From IMG/VR virus record IMGVR_UViG_3300045988_084814: DNA of 58,083 nt. One strand, given 5' to 3'. Every line of letters begins with the position of its first letter. The first letter of the stretch is position 1. A program made the position numbers and the translations under genes. Positions 7,197-13,822 of the stretch are shown here, piece after piece. Below the pieces are notes generated by a model. The model had not been told where the DNA came from and did not search any database. It saw nothing but the letters and a program-made list of their open reading frames with translations. The DNA is from a virus.

Positions 7197-7225
7197 ATAA
7201 TAACAAATGTCACGCACTTATGCAA
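7197..7225 (-). promoter_or_regulatory. Promoter of the minus-strand accessory operon, with the operator in its spacer
   Basis: On the minus strand: TTGCAT, 17-nt spacer, TATTAT. The spacer contains ATAAGTGCGTGA. Confidence 0.55.
7210..7221. repeat. Operator repeat TCACGCACTTAT, copy 1
   Basis: Exact 12-mer shared by four sites. Confidence 0.8.
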
Positions 7226-7244
7226 TAGTAATAATATACAAACA

Positions 7245-7256
7245 TCACGCACTTAT
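7245..7256. repeat. Operator repeat TCACGCACTTAT, copy 2
   Basis: Exact 12-mer. Confidence 0.8.
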
Positions 7257-7276
7257 TTTGTGCAATTTGTATATTG

Positions 7277-7305
7277 TTGACATTGTCACGCACTTATGAT
7301 ATTAT
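7277..7305 (+). promoter_or_regulatory. Promoter of the RHH gene, with the operator in its spacer
   Basis: TTGACA, 17-nt spacer, TATTAT. The spacer contains TCACGCACTTAT (copy 3, 7286-7297). Confidence 0.65.
7286..7297. repeat. Operator repeat TCACGCACTTAT, copy 3
   Basis: Exact 12-mer. Confidence 0.8.
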
Positions 7306-7338
7306 AATGAATAAATATAATATAAGGAGGTCTACAAA

Positions 7339-7536
7339 ATGGCAGAATTAAAAACAACTGACGCACACAGAAAAGCGGTCAGAAAGTACGAAAACAGTAA
7401 TTACAGATTGAATTTAACATTCCCGAAAGGGACAAAAGAAAGAATAGAATCATTACAGTTAAATAAAACAAATTCAGCTTTTATCAGAGATACAGTTTTG
7501 AGCAAACTTGATGAACTTGAAAAAATATTAAAATAA
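7339..7536 (+). CDS. Ribbon-helix-helix (Arc/CopG-like) DNA-binding protein
   Basis: SD AAGGAGG. 65 aa. Predicted beta strand (YRLNLTFPKG) followed by two helices (TKERIESL, NSAFIRDTVLSKLDE). Confidence 0.6.
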   Translation: MAELKTTDAHRKAVRKYENSNYRLNLTFPKGTKERIESLQLNKTNSAFIRDTVLSKLDELEKILK

Positions 7537-7550
7537 CGCACTGATTAGTA

Positions 7551-7579
7551 TTGACATTATCACGCACTTATAGTATAAT
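7551..7579 (+). promoter_or_regulatory. Consensus promoter with the operator in its spacer
   Basis: TTGACA, 17-nt spacer, TATAAT. The spacer contains TCACGCACTTAT (copy 4, 7560-7571). Confidence 0.7.
7560..7571. repeat. Operator repeat TCACGCACTTAT, copy 4
   Basis: Exact 12-mer. Confidence 0.8.
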
Positions 7580-7627
7580 GAATACATCAAATAAAGAAAG
7601 GCAGTCAATGGCTGAAAGGTGGATATT

Positions 7628-7948
7628 ATGAAAAGAGAGGACTTTAAAAAGATTATAAAGTTGCGCAGCGATTGGAAGATTGACAGACGCACAGGTGATT
7701 ATTTTTTGCCAAGCGGAGAAAAGTTGTCAGCATATATTTCTAATTTGGTTGAAAGTCAATTAGAGATTGACAATTTAGGCATTCGTGAAAATGGCGATAT
7801 ATGTTATATGAGCGGCGGCGATTGGAACACTGAAAGCAAAGAATTTGACAACTATACTCTTTTGCCAGAATTTGAAAGTAATGAGATATGCTCATACGAA
7901 GAAATGGAAAAAAGGATTAGTCGTTTGGTGCGTGAGATTGTACAGTAA
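7628..7948 (+). CDS. Hypothetical protein
   Basis: ATG with SD GAAAGGTGG. 106 aa. Confidence 0.6.
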   Translation: MKREDFKKIIKLRSDWKIDRRTGDYFLPSGEKLSAYISNLVESQLEIDNLGIRENGDICYMSGGDWNTESKEFDNYTLLPEFESNEICSYEEMEKRISRLVREIVQ

Positions 7949-7964
7949 ATAAATTAAATTTTTT

Positions 7965-7992
7965 AGCGGCTTGAAATATAGCCGCTTTTTTT
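7965..7992 (+). terminator. Rho-independent terminator
   Basis: Stem AGCGGCT/AGCCGCT followed by TTTTTT. Confidence 0.8.
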
Positions 7993-8613
7993 AATACAAT
8001 CATATTTTATAATAATACAGAAAATTGAGTTACGGATAGGGTATATGTCATTACTCAAAAATCTGTATAAATCTAGTCTAGTTTCTGTATAATTTTACAA
8101 ACACGAACTCGAATTTCTGTATATTTTTAAAAACAGCATTTTTGTATTGCATTTTTAACAAGTAAATAGTGGTCCATATTATTTTATTTTGTGCAGTTGT
8201 CACAAATATTATGCTATATTTATACATATTTTCGAGTTTTTCGATACACCATACAAGCATCTGTTTCTGTTTACTGTTATATCAAAGACTTTAACTCTTA
8301 GATAAAACTATAGTATTAGCCACTAAAGTATATTAAGCATAAATATATATATAAATACAGCCAGTACAGTATATTATAAATATATATACTACACTATACA
8401 CATATATAGCCAGTATGTAGATTATATATAAAGCAAAAAAACATATTTAGGGTATTGACAGTAGTTATATTTAGCTGTATAGTAGATGCATAAATTAAAT
8501 AACTTAGCTGTTTAGCACTTGTAAGAGATATATAAACACATGTATAGAGTATGTGTAGAATGTATATCTTTGCAGGTGCTTTTTATTTATATAACAATAC
8601 TGGAGGTGAGAAG
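7993..8613. repeat. AT-rich non-coding region with short iterated motifs (candidate pac site or origin)
   Basis: About 620 bp with no credible ORF. TCTGTATA occurs at 8062, 8084 and 8116, with an inverted copy at 8016. AGCCAGTA occurs at 8359 and 8408. There are many TATATA runs. Confidence 0.5.
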
Positions 8614-9267
8614 ATGGCAGATTATGAAGATGTTGAAGTATTCGACAACGCTATAGAGACATATATACAAGAATACTGTGACCAATGCCATCCGCCTATC
8701 GAGGATTTAAGTAAAGAACCACAGAACAAATGGAGCGCAGCGTTGATGTATGTTTATAACCATATGTTCAGAGGTACGGATAAATTAAAACTAGATAGAC
8801 CATACGAACAGTATAACAATCCTGAATTACCAAGATTTAATACTACTAACTGTAACGCTTATGATATAGACAAAATAAATGCTGTATGTGATATATATAT
8901 ATATTTATGTGGTATGTATGACAAAGAGGTTAGTATATCAGGATTTAGTAAATTAACTGGTATTGATTATAGCACTATATGTATATGGAATAGCAGAAAA
9001 GATAATGATGAACTAAGTTATCGGCGTTTCAAGGTTTATCAAAAATTGCATGACGAAAGAGAAGAGAGCTTGTGCAATAAGCTGATTACCGGTGGCAAGA
9101 ATCAGGTCGGTATTATTGCTATCTTGAATAGACATTACGGATATGCTTCACCATATACAGCAGACAGCAAGAAGCAAGTCGAACAAAAGACAGCAGCAGA
9201 GCTCCCAAGACTTGATACAGCACCACAACATGTAGCGGCTGTTGAGGATAAGAACAACAAGATATAG
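8614..9267 (+). CDS. Putative small terminase subunit / HTH DNA-binding protein
   Basis: SD GGAGGTGA. An HTH-like segment (SGFSKLTGIDYSTICIW) and GGKNQVGIIAILNRHYGY resemble TerS proteins. Not adjacent to TerL. Confidence 0.4.
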   Translation: MADYEDVEVFDNAIETYIQEYCDQCHPPIEDLSKEPQNKWSAALMYVYNHMFRGTDKLKLDRPYEQYNNPELPRFNTTNCNAYDIDKINAVCDIYIYLCGMYDKEVSISGFSKLTGIDYSTICIWNSRKDNDELSYRRFKVYQKLHDEREESLCNKLITGGKNQVGIIAILNRHYGYASPYTADSKKQVEQKTAAELPRLDTAPQHVAAVEDKNNKI

Positions 9268-9484
9268 CGGTTTAAGAACTCAACTCTTCGCTAAACTATA
9301 CTTTACCGAATAGTTGAATAAAAATGACAGATTTTTAGCATTCGCGAATATATGTTCACAACAGTAAATCTGACAATCATTGCGGCAGGGGGTGCCCCTC
9401 TGGTGAACTTGAAAAATTCGCCCCACTAAGTCCCTCAAACAACCTCAAAAACAAAAACCGGCTTTTCAGGAAAAGGAGTAGGCT

Positions 9485-9670
9485 ATGAGAAAATACACTG
9501 TAAAAGAATTGTTTTCATTGAGACATAATGACATTCCGGTAAGGTTTATTTTTAAAAGTTACCTACTGGTGCAAAACCATATAGTTGATTGGCATTTCCC
9601 GAAAGATGGCAGTAGCCCTCAAAAAGTGTATATTATTCTCAAAGGCAAGCATTTAGCAAGATTGGTATGA
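9485..9670 (+). CDS. Hypothetical protein
   Basis: SD AAAGGAG. 61 aa. Confidence 0.45.
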   Translation: MRKYTVKELFSLRHNDIPVRFIFKSYLLVQNHIVDWHFPKDGSSPQKVYIILKGKHLARLV

Positions 9671-9677
9671 GGTGTAT

Positions 9678-9833
9678 ATGATAGCAGAGATTTTAAAAAG
9701 GTTATTTTGTAAGCATGAATGGGAATTAAAGCATGTTATTGCGATACAAGGAGAAAATGATAAAATTCCAGTCGGATATAAAGATGTTTATGTTTGTAAA
9801 AAGTGCTTGAAAAAGCATATTATAAAATATTGA
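9678..9833 (+). CDS. Small Cys-containing hypothetical protein (51 aa)
   Basis: SD GAGGTG. Below the track cutoff. Contains CKH...CKKC. Confidence 0.4.
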   Translation: MIAEILKRLFCKHEWELKHVIAIQGENDKIPVGYKDVYVCKKCLKKHIIKY

Positions 9834-9849
9834 TAAGGCGGTGGATAGA

Positions 9850-10230
9850 ATGACAAACAAAGAAAAGTATGCGAAAGATTTATACAGTATCTTTTTAAGA
9901 AGTTTTGGAGTGGATGAAGAAAATAAGCCTTTTTGGTGCAGTGAAAAATCCTGTGGTAGACAATGCCAGTTTTATCATAGCAAAATAGATTGTAAAACAC
10001 TTGCAAAACAGTGGCTTGATGAAGAATATAAAACAGATTGGTCAAAAGTACCTGTCGATACTCCAATTCTTGTAAAAGACGAACTGGCACCAAAATGGAT
10101 ACATAGACATTTTGCAAAATATGAAAATGGAAAAGTTTTCGCATGGGCTAATGGCTCAACTTCATGGAGTGCGAGAGACTCTGTCTGTGTGGATTGGGAA
10201 TGTGCCCGACTATGTGAAGATAATAAATAG
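9850..10230 (+). CDS. Hypothetical protein
   Basis: ATG after AAGGCGGTGG. 126 aa. Confidence 0.55.
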   Translation: MTNKEKYAKDLYSIFLRSFGVDEENKPFWCSEKSCGRQCQFYHSKIDCKTLAKQWLDEEYKTDWSKVPVDTPILVKDELAPKWIHRHFAKYENGKVFAWANGSTSWSARDSVCVDWECARLCEDNK

Positions 10231-10385
10231 AACTGAGGTGATAAAGAATGGCAATAAGAGCACCAACAATTTAAAGTGAAACATTTTTTTGAAACTTGTT
10301 TAACAGTTATTTTTTTCATATCTTCGTATCTCTTAAAAAATATTACATATCACATCCGCGAGGCAATAACAGTCTTGCGAAATAA

Positions 10386-10457
10386 TGGGGTATCGCCAAG
10401 AGGTTAAGGCATAGCACTTTGACTGCTACATCATGGGTTCAAATCCCATTACCCCAG
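10386..10457 (+). tRNA. tRNA-Gln (anticodon UUG)
   Basis: Cloverleaf: acceptor TGGGGTA/TACCCCA, anticodon stem TAGCA/TGCTA with loop CTTTGAC, T arm ATGGG-TTCAAAT-CCCAT. No encoded CCA. Confidence 0.85.
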
Positions 10458-10711
10458 TTTTGCAAGATGCCATCTTTGTTTTTCTTCTTGCAAAATCGCG
10501 GAGAAAAACTCCTTTCCCACACTAGCGGAATGCTGTTAAGAGCCATCGCACGGCTCGGTGTGGTTGTTCGGGTGTCTATCCCACGATGCCCGAACTTACA
10601 TACTTTTTCCGTACTGGACTAATGTAGTTCCATTACAACTTTCACACCCACCCATAACACACAGGTGCTTGCATACCATCTTAAAAGCCTATACAGAGGT
10701 GTATGCAACTT
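10458..10711 (+). other. Highly structured 254-nt spacer between the two tRNAs (possible ncRNA)
   Basis: Perfect 10-bp hairpin TTTTGCAAGA/TCTTGCAAAA. Further stems: GAGCC/GGCTC, GTTCGGG/CCCGAAC and TTGCATA/TATGCAA. No credible ORF. Confidence 0.35.
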
Positions 10712-10783
10712 TGGCATATAGTTCAGTGGTAGAACGCCTGACTGTTAATCAGGATGTCGCAGGTTCGATACCTGCTATGCCAG
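10712..10783 (+). tRNA. tRNA-Asn (anticodon GUU)
   Basis: Acceptor TGGCATA/TATGCCA, D arm AGTTCAGTGGTAGAAC, anticodon stem CCTGA/TCAGG with loop CTGTTAA, T arm GCAGG-TTCGATA-CCTGC. Confidence 0.9.
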
Positions 10784-10891
10784 TTATGTCAACACTTGTG
10801 CAGAAACCAATGTCGGCAATGGAAGAACAGAAACTAGCTGTTGACATTATTAAAAAATGCCCACGCAAAAATACTAGTTACGACGCGGGTG

Positions 10892-11050
10892 GTAGATAGT
10901 GACGGAATAGGTAAACGCTTAAGCATAAGGCAACCACGCTTTGGTTAGAAGAAGGTTATCGAATTAAAAAGGCGATAAATGAACCTGAAACGGTGTTACC
11001 CGTTGTGAGAAGTCGTTGCTATGTGTGGTGCAAATCCACACCTATCTACT
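10892..11050 (+). ncRNA. tRNA-like element: an 8-bp acceptor-like stem and a 6-bp T arm enclosing a ~120-nt structured insert
   Basis: GTAGATAG pairs with CTATCTAC. T arm is GTGTGG-TGCAAAT-CCACAC. The interior has its own hairpins (AACCA/TGGTT, TTATCG/CGATAA, AACGG/CCGTT). No canonical D or anticodon arm could be drawn. Confidence 0.35.
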
Positions 11051-11117
11051 TATCCTCAAAACTATCGAGGATAGCTGATAAACAGGCTTTTTAAAGTTCC
11101 TCATGACAATATGAAGA

Positions 11118-11164
11118 AGAGTAGACAGATGGTGTTTTATTCGGTTCGATTCCGGACTACTCTT
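11118..11164 (+). ncRNA. Second tRNA-like acceptor/T-arm minihelix
   Basis: AGAGTAG-(15 nt)-TTCGG-TTCGATT-CCGGA-CTACTCT-T. Perfect 7-bp acceptor stem and a consensus T loop. Confidence 0.45.
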
Positions 11165-11203
11165 TACTAAATAAACTTTAAAATATTAGAAAAGGAGTAA
11201 ACA

Positions 11204-11722
11204 ATGGATAATTTACAGCAACACAAACAGCTTTTACAACAAATACATGATACATATGTCAAGAAAAATCATGATTATGGCGATAGCTTTAGTCGTTCAT
11301 TTAAGAAATATGGATTAGTAGCGGCTATGGTTCGCATGGAAGATAAATGGAACAGGCTTGATAATATGGCATTAGGAGCAGAACAGAAAGTTGCTGGCGA
11401 AACTATAAGAGATACACTGTTAGACCTTGCTGGATATTGCGTTATGACAACGATGGAACTGGACAGAGAGAAAGATAACGCAAATCAAAAGGCATTTGAA
11501 GAACAGGTTCGGGATGAATATACCGAAGTTTTTGGAGAAGATAACGAGAACGAAAATGAAGAAACAGATACCTCTAATAAAACATCAGCGGAAAAGAGTT
11601 CTATTGATGTAGGCAAGGTAATGGCTTTACATAATGCCAAATGGTCGCAAGCAAAGATTGCTGATGAAATGGGGTGCTCGCAGGGGCGGATTTCGCAGAT
11701 TATCAAAGAATACAAACAGTGA
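11204..11722 (+). CDS. DUF1599-like domain fused to a C-terminal HTH
   Basis: SD AAAGGAG. N-terminus has KKNHDYGDSF...MVRMEDKWNRL. C-terminus WSQAKIADEMGCSQGRISQIIK looks like a sigma region 4-type HTH. Confidence 0.55.
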   Translation: MDNLQQHKQLLQQIHDTYVKKNHDYGDSFSRSFKKYGLVAAMVRMEDKWNRLDNMALGAEQKVAGETIRDTLLDLAGYCVMTTMELDREKDNANQKAFEEQVRDEYTEVFGEDNENENEETDTSNKTSAEKSSIDVGKVMALHNAKWSQAKIADEMGCSQGRISQIIKEYKQ

Positions 11723-11741
11723 GGTAAATTTGAGGTGTAAT

Positions 11742-12068
11742 ATGAAAGATTGCTCAATTTGCAAATATTGTGATGAAGATTTTGATTTTGATGAAGAAAC
11801 AGGAGAAGAATATCCGGTTTTTGAATGCCAAAAAGGGAATGATACATCACTTGACTATGAGTGCAAGGATTTTGAGAAATACAAGCCGCAAAAATATAAA
11901 GAGAAAAATACCGAATGCGATATATGCGAATACAGAGAAAAATGTGCAAAATATAGTTCTGGGATAGACTGTACAACTTGCGGAGATACAAAAACACATA
12001 TTATCTATCCACAAGACAAATGTATTAAAAGGGCAAAAGAACTAGGGATTGAGGTGCAATATGTGTAA
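11742..12068 (+). CDS. Cys-rich hypothetical protein
   Basis: ATG with SD GAGGTG. Several CxxC pairs. Confidence 0.55.
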   Translation: MKDCSICKYCDEDFDFDEETGEEYPVFECQKGNDTSLDYECKDFEKYKPQKYKEKNTECDICEYREKCAKYSSGIDCTTCGDTKTHIIYPQDKCIKRAKELGIEVQYV

Positions 12069-12282
12069 GTTTTGTAATAATAAAGCTAAACCTATAATTT
12101 CAAATGTAGAACAAGACGGCATAATGGACGAGAAAGTACAAGTTTTTCAAGCTAAAATAAAAGGCAATGAATTGATGTTTGAAATAGTTTCTAATCACTT
12201 ATTAGATTACTTTAATCTTACAACATTAAAAAAACAAATATCTTATTGCCCTATTTGCGGTAGAAAGTTGGTGAAAGAATGA
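12061..12282 (+). CDS. Zinc-ribbon hypothetical protein
   Basis: ATG after GAGGTG. Contains CKFC...CPICG. Confidence 0.5.
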   Translation: MCKFCNNKAKPIISNVEQDGIMDEKVQVFQAKIKGNELMFEIVSNHLLDYFNLTTLKKQISYCPICGRKLVKE

Positions 12283-12692
12283 AGCCATTAGAAGAAATAT
12301 TTTTTAGAGCTTGCGTGAATGAACAGAAAAGAAAATTGCATTCGTGTGACCGAGAATTGAGCATAAGAACTATTGGAAATATTTTTGAAAGGCTTGGATT
12401 CTCATATAAGCAGTTAATGTATTATGTCAGAAAGTGGTGCGACAGGGAATTTTATGATTACGGAGTAACACTTGACTTGGGATGGTTTGAATTTGGCAAG
12501 CTGACCGGAGAATATAAACAGATTTATGATTCTATGACAGGTACGGACGGATGGAAAGATGGGGAGTTAGCAAGTTATATTGTTAGCAATTCTTTTAATC
12601 GAGAGCAGATAACTAATTTTGCGTTGAGAGAACATCTTGGAATCGGACAGGATAAAGAATTTTTTAATCCGCACAGAAAGGTGGAAAAATGA
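12279..12692 (+). CDS. Hypothetical protein
   Basis: 137-aa ORF whose start overlaps the upstream stop. Confidence 0.6.
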   Translation: MKPLEEIFFRACVNEQKRKLHSCDRELSIRTIGNIFERLGFSYKQLMYYVRKWCDREFYDYGVTLDLGWFEFGKLTGEYKQIYDSMTGTDGWKDGELASYIVSNSFNREQITNFALREHLGIGQDKEFFNPHRKVEK

Positions 12693-12943
12693 ATGAATTT
12701 TTAAAATTTTTTGATGATAAAGAAAAAGACTTCCCGATGCATCTTGAAATTACTTATAGCAAAATATGTGATTGGAGTATTTTGATTTATAAAAGAGGCT
12801 GTGCTGATGATTACCCTAAAGCTAGACGTAATGGCGAAGATGTAGTAATTGTCGATGAAAATGATTGCGACATGGAACTTTGCTTTGCTAAGGCACATGT
12901 AGAGCTAAAAGAATGGCTTTTGGAATTTAATGGCGGATATTAA
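12689..12943 (+). CDS. Hypothetical protein
   Basis: 84-aa ORF with a coupled start. Confidence 0.6.
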   Translation: MNEFLKFFDDKEKDFPMHLEITYSKICDWSILIYKRGCADDYPKARRNGEDVVIVDENDCDMELCFAKAHVELKEWLLEFNGGY

Positions 12944-12955
12944 GGCGGTAGAAGA

Positions 12956-13195
12956 ATGAAACATCAAAAAGAATGGCACACTTGCGACAGGTGCGGAAAA
13001 GAAATAATATTTTACAATAAGGAATACGCTTATTTCAAAACAGAAGAATTAGAACCTTTTCACGAGGAAGCTATATACACGGCAGAGGATTTAGCAAAAC
13101 AAACACTCCCAATGGCTATATGGAGAAACGAGCACCAATATGATTTATGCTCTAAGTGTAGGAAAGATTTTAAGAGGTTTATGAGGAATGAGTAA
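12956..13195 (+). CDS. Zinc-ribbon hypothetical protein
   Basis: Contains CDRCG...CSKC. 79 aa. Confidence 0.55.
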   Translation: MKHQKEWHTCDRCGKEIIFYNKEYAYFKTEELEPFHEEAIYTAEDLAKQTLPMAIWRNEHQYDLCSKCRKDFKRFMRNE

Positions 13196-13406
13196 AATAT
13201 TTAAAATGCCTGAAAATGTGATAATTCCAAAAGCTAGAGTTGAAAAAGCTGGGGAAGAAGTAATGTCAGTTGCGTTTGATTTAGGGTTGGAAGCAGGAGA
13301 CCGACCAATAGCAATGGTATTTGAGAACCATAACGGGAAAACCTATATCAGAAAACTTATTAAAGATGATGAAGCGTTAGAACTACATAAGTTGTTGACG
13401 GAATAG
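13188..13406 (+). CDS. Hypothetical protein
   Basis: 72-aa ORF with SD GAGGAATG-type overlap. Confidence 0.55.
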   Translation: MSKIFKMPENVIIPKARVEKAGEEVMSVAFDLGLEAGDRPIAMVFENHNGKTYIRKLIKDDEALELHKLLTE

Positions 13407-13417
13407 GAGCTTTGACA

Positions 13418-13597
13418 ATGAGCATGACAGAAGTAATTAAATCAATAGAGTGTGGAGCACTTAGAGAGATACAGCCACATAAAATAAGTGGTAGAAACGG
13501 TGAGCCTATAGATTGTTCTGCTTTAGAAGATGAACCTGTTATTGTGGCAGATAATGAAGCAGACAGGCAAGTGTTAAGAGATTGCTTTAAGGGGTGA
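13418..13597 (+). CDS. Hypothetical protein
   Basis: ATG 8 nt after AGGAG. 59 aa. Confidence 0.5.
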   Translation: MSMTEVIKSIECGALREIQPHKISGRNGEPIDCSALEDEPVIVADNEADRQVLRDCFKG

Positions 13598-13601
13598 GAT
13601 T

Positions 13602-13790
13602 ATGAAAATATCAGAAATGAATAACTGCATTGAGAAAATGCGGGAGTGTTACAAGTTTAATGATGATAAAACGGAAATACGGATTGGGGATATGATGAAT
13701 GGAAGTAACAGATATGTAACTGTCGGCACAAGGGACGAAAACGGAACACAGATTGAAATGACAAGATATGCGGATGAATTAAAACAATAA
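13602..13790 (+). CDS. Hypothetical protein
   Basis: 62-aa ORF with SD GGGGTGAG. Confidence 0.5.
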   Translation: MKISEMNNCIEKMRECYKFNDDKTEIRIGDMMNGSNRYVTVGTRDENGTQIEMTRYADELKQ

Positions 13791-13822
13791 TTGCTGATTG
13801 TCAGCGGAAAGGGGGACGTATC

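Noticed and set aside
8078-8260. 60-aa minus-strand ORF in the AT-rich region.
   Set aside because: It has no SD and its composition is driven by AT-rich repeats. The region is better explained as non-coding (pac site or origin candidate).
7993-8613. Possible CRISPR array, considered because of the repeated short motifs.
   Set aside because: The repeats are only 8 bp, irregularly spaced and partly inverted. There is no repeat-spacer periodicity.
9340-9349. Perfect 10-bp palindromes with a TCGCGA core: ATTCGCGAAT here and TGTCGCGACA at 50025-50034.
   Set aside because: There are only two short sites with different flanks, so they are statistically unremarkable. The second is mentioned only in connection with the TGTCG array.
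9268-9484. A 217-nt gap with a GC-rich hairpin (AGGGG-GTG-CCCCT), considered as a possible ncRNA.
   Set aside because: There is only one short stem and no recognisable motif or second supporting feature, which is not enough to call.
10419-10899. Track ORFs 10419-10622 and 10558-10899 (67 and 113 aa).
   Set aside because: They run through tRNA-Gln, tRNA-Asn and the strong hairpins, they lack an SD, and their sequences look like translated RNA genes.
10892-11050. Interpreting the 159-nt tRNA-like element as a genuine tRNA, an intron-containing tRNA or a tmRNA.
   Set aside because: No D arm or anticodon arm can be drawn. The insert is too short for a group I intron. There is no G3:U70 pair or tag-peptide reading frame for a tmRNA. 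The T loop is non-canonical at position 55.
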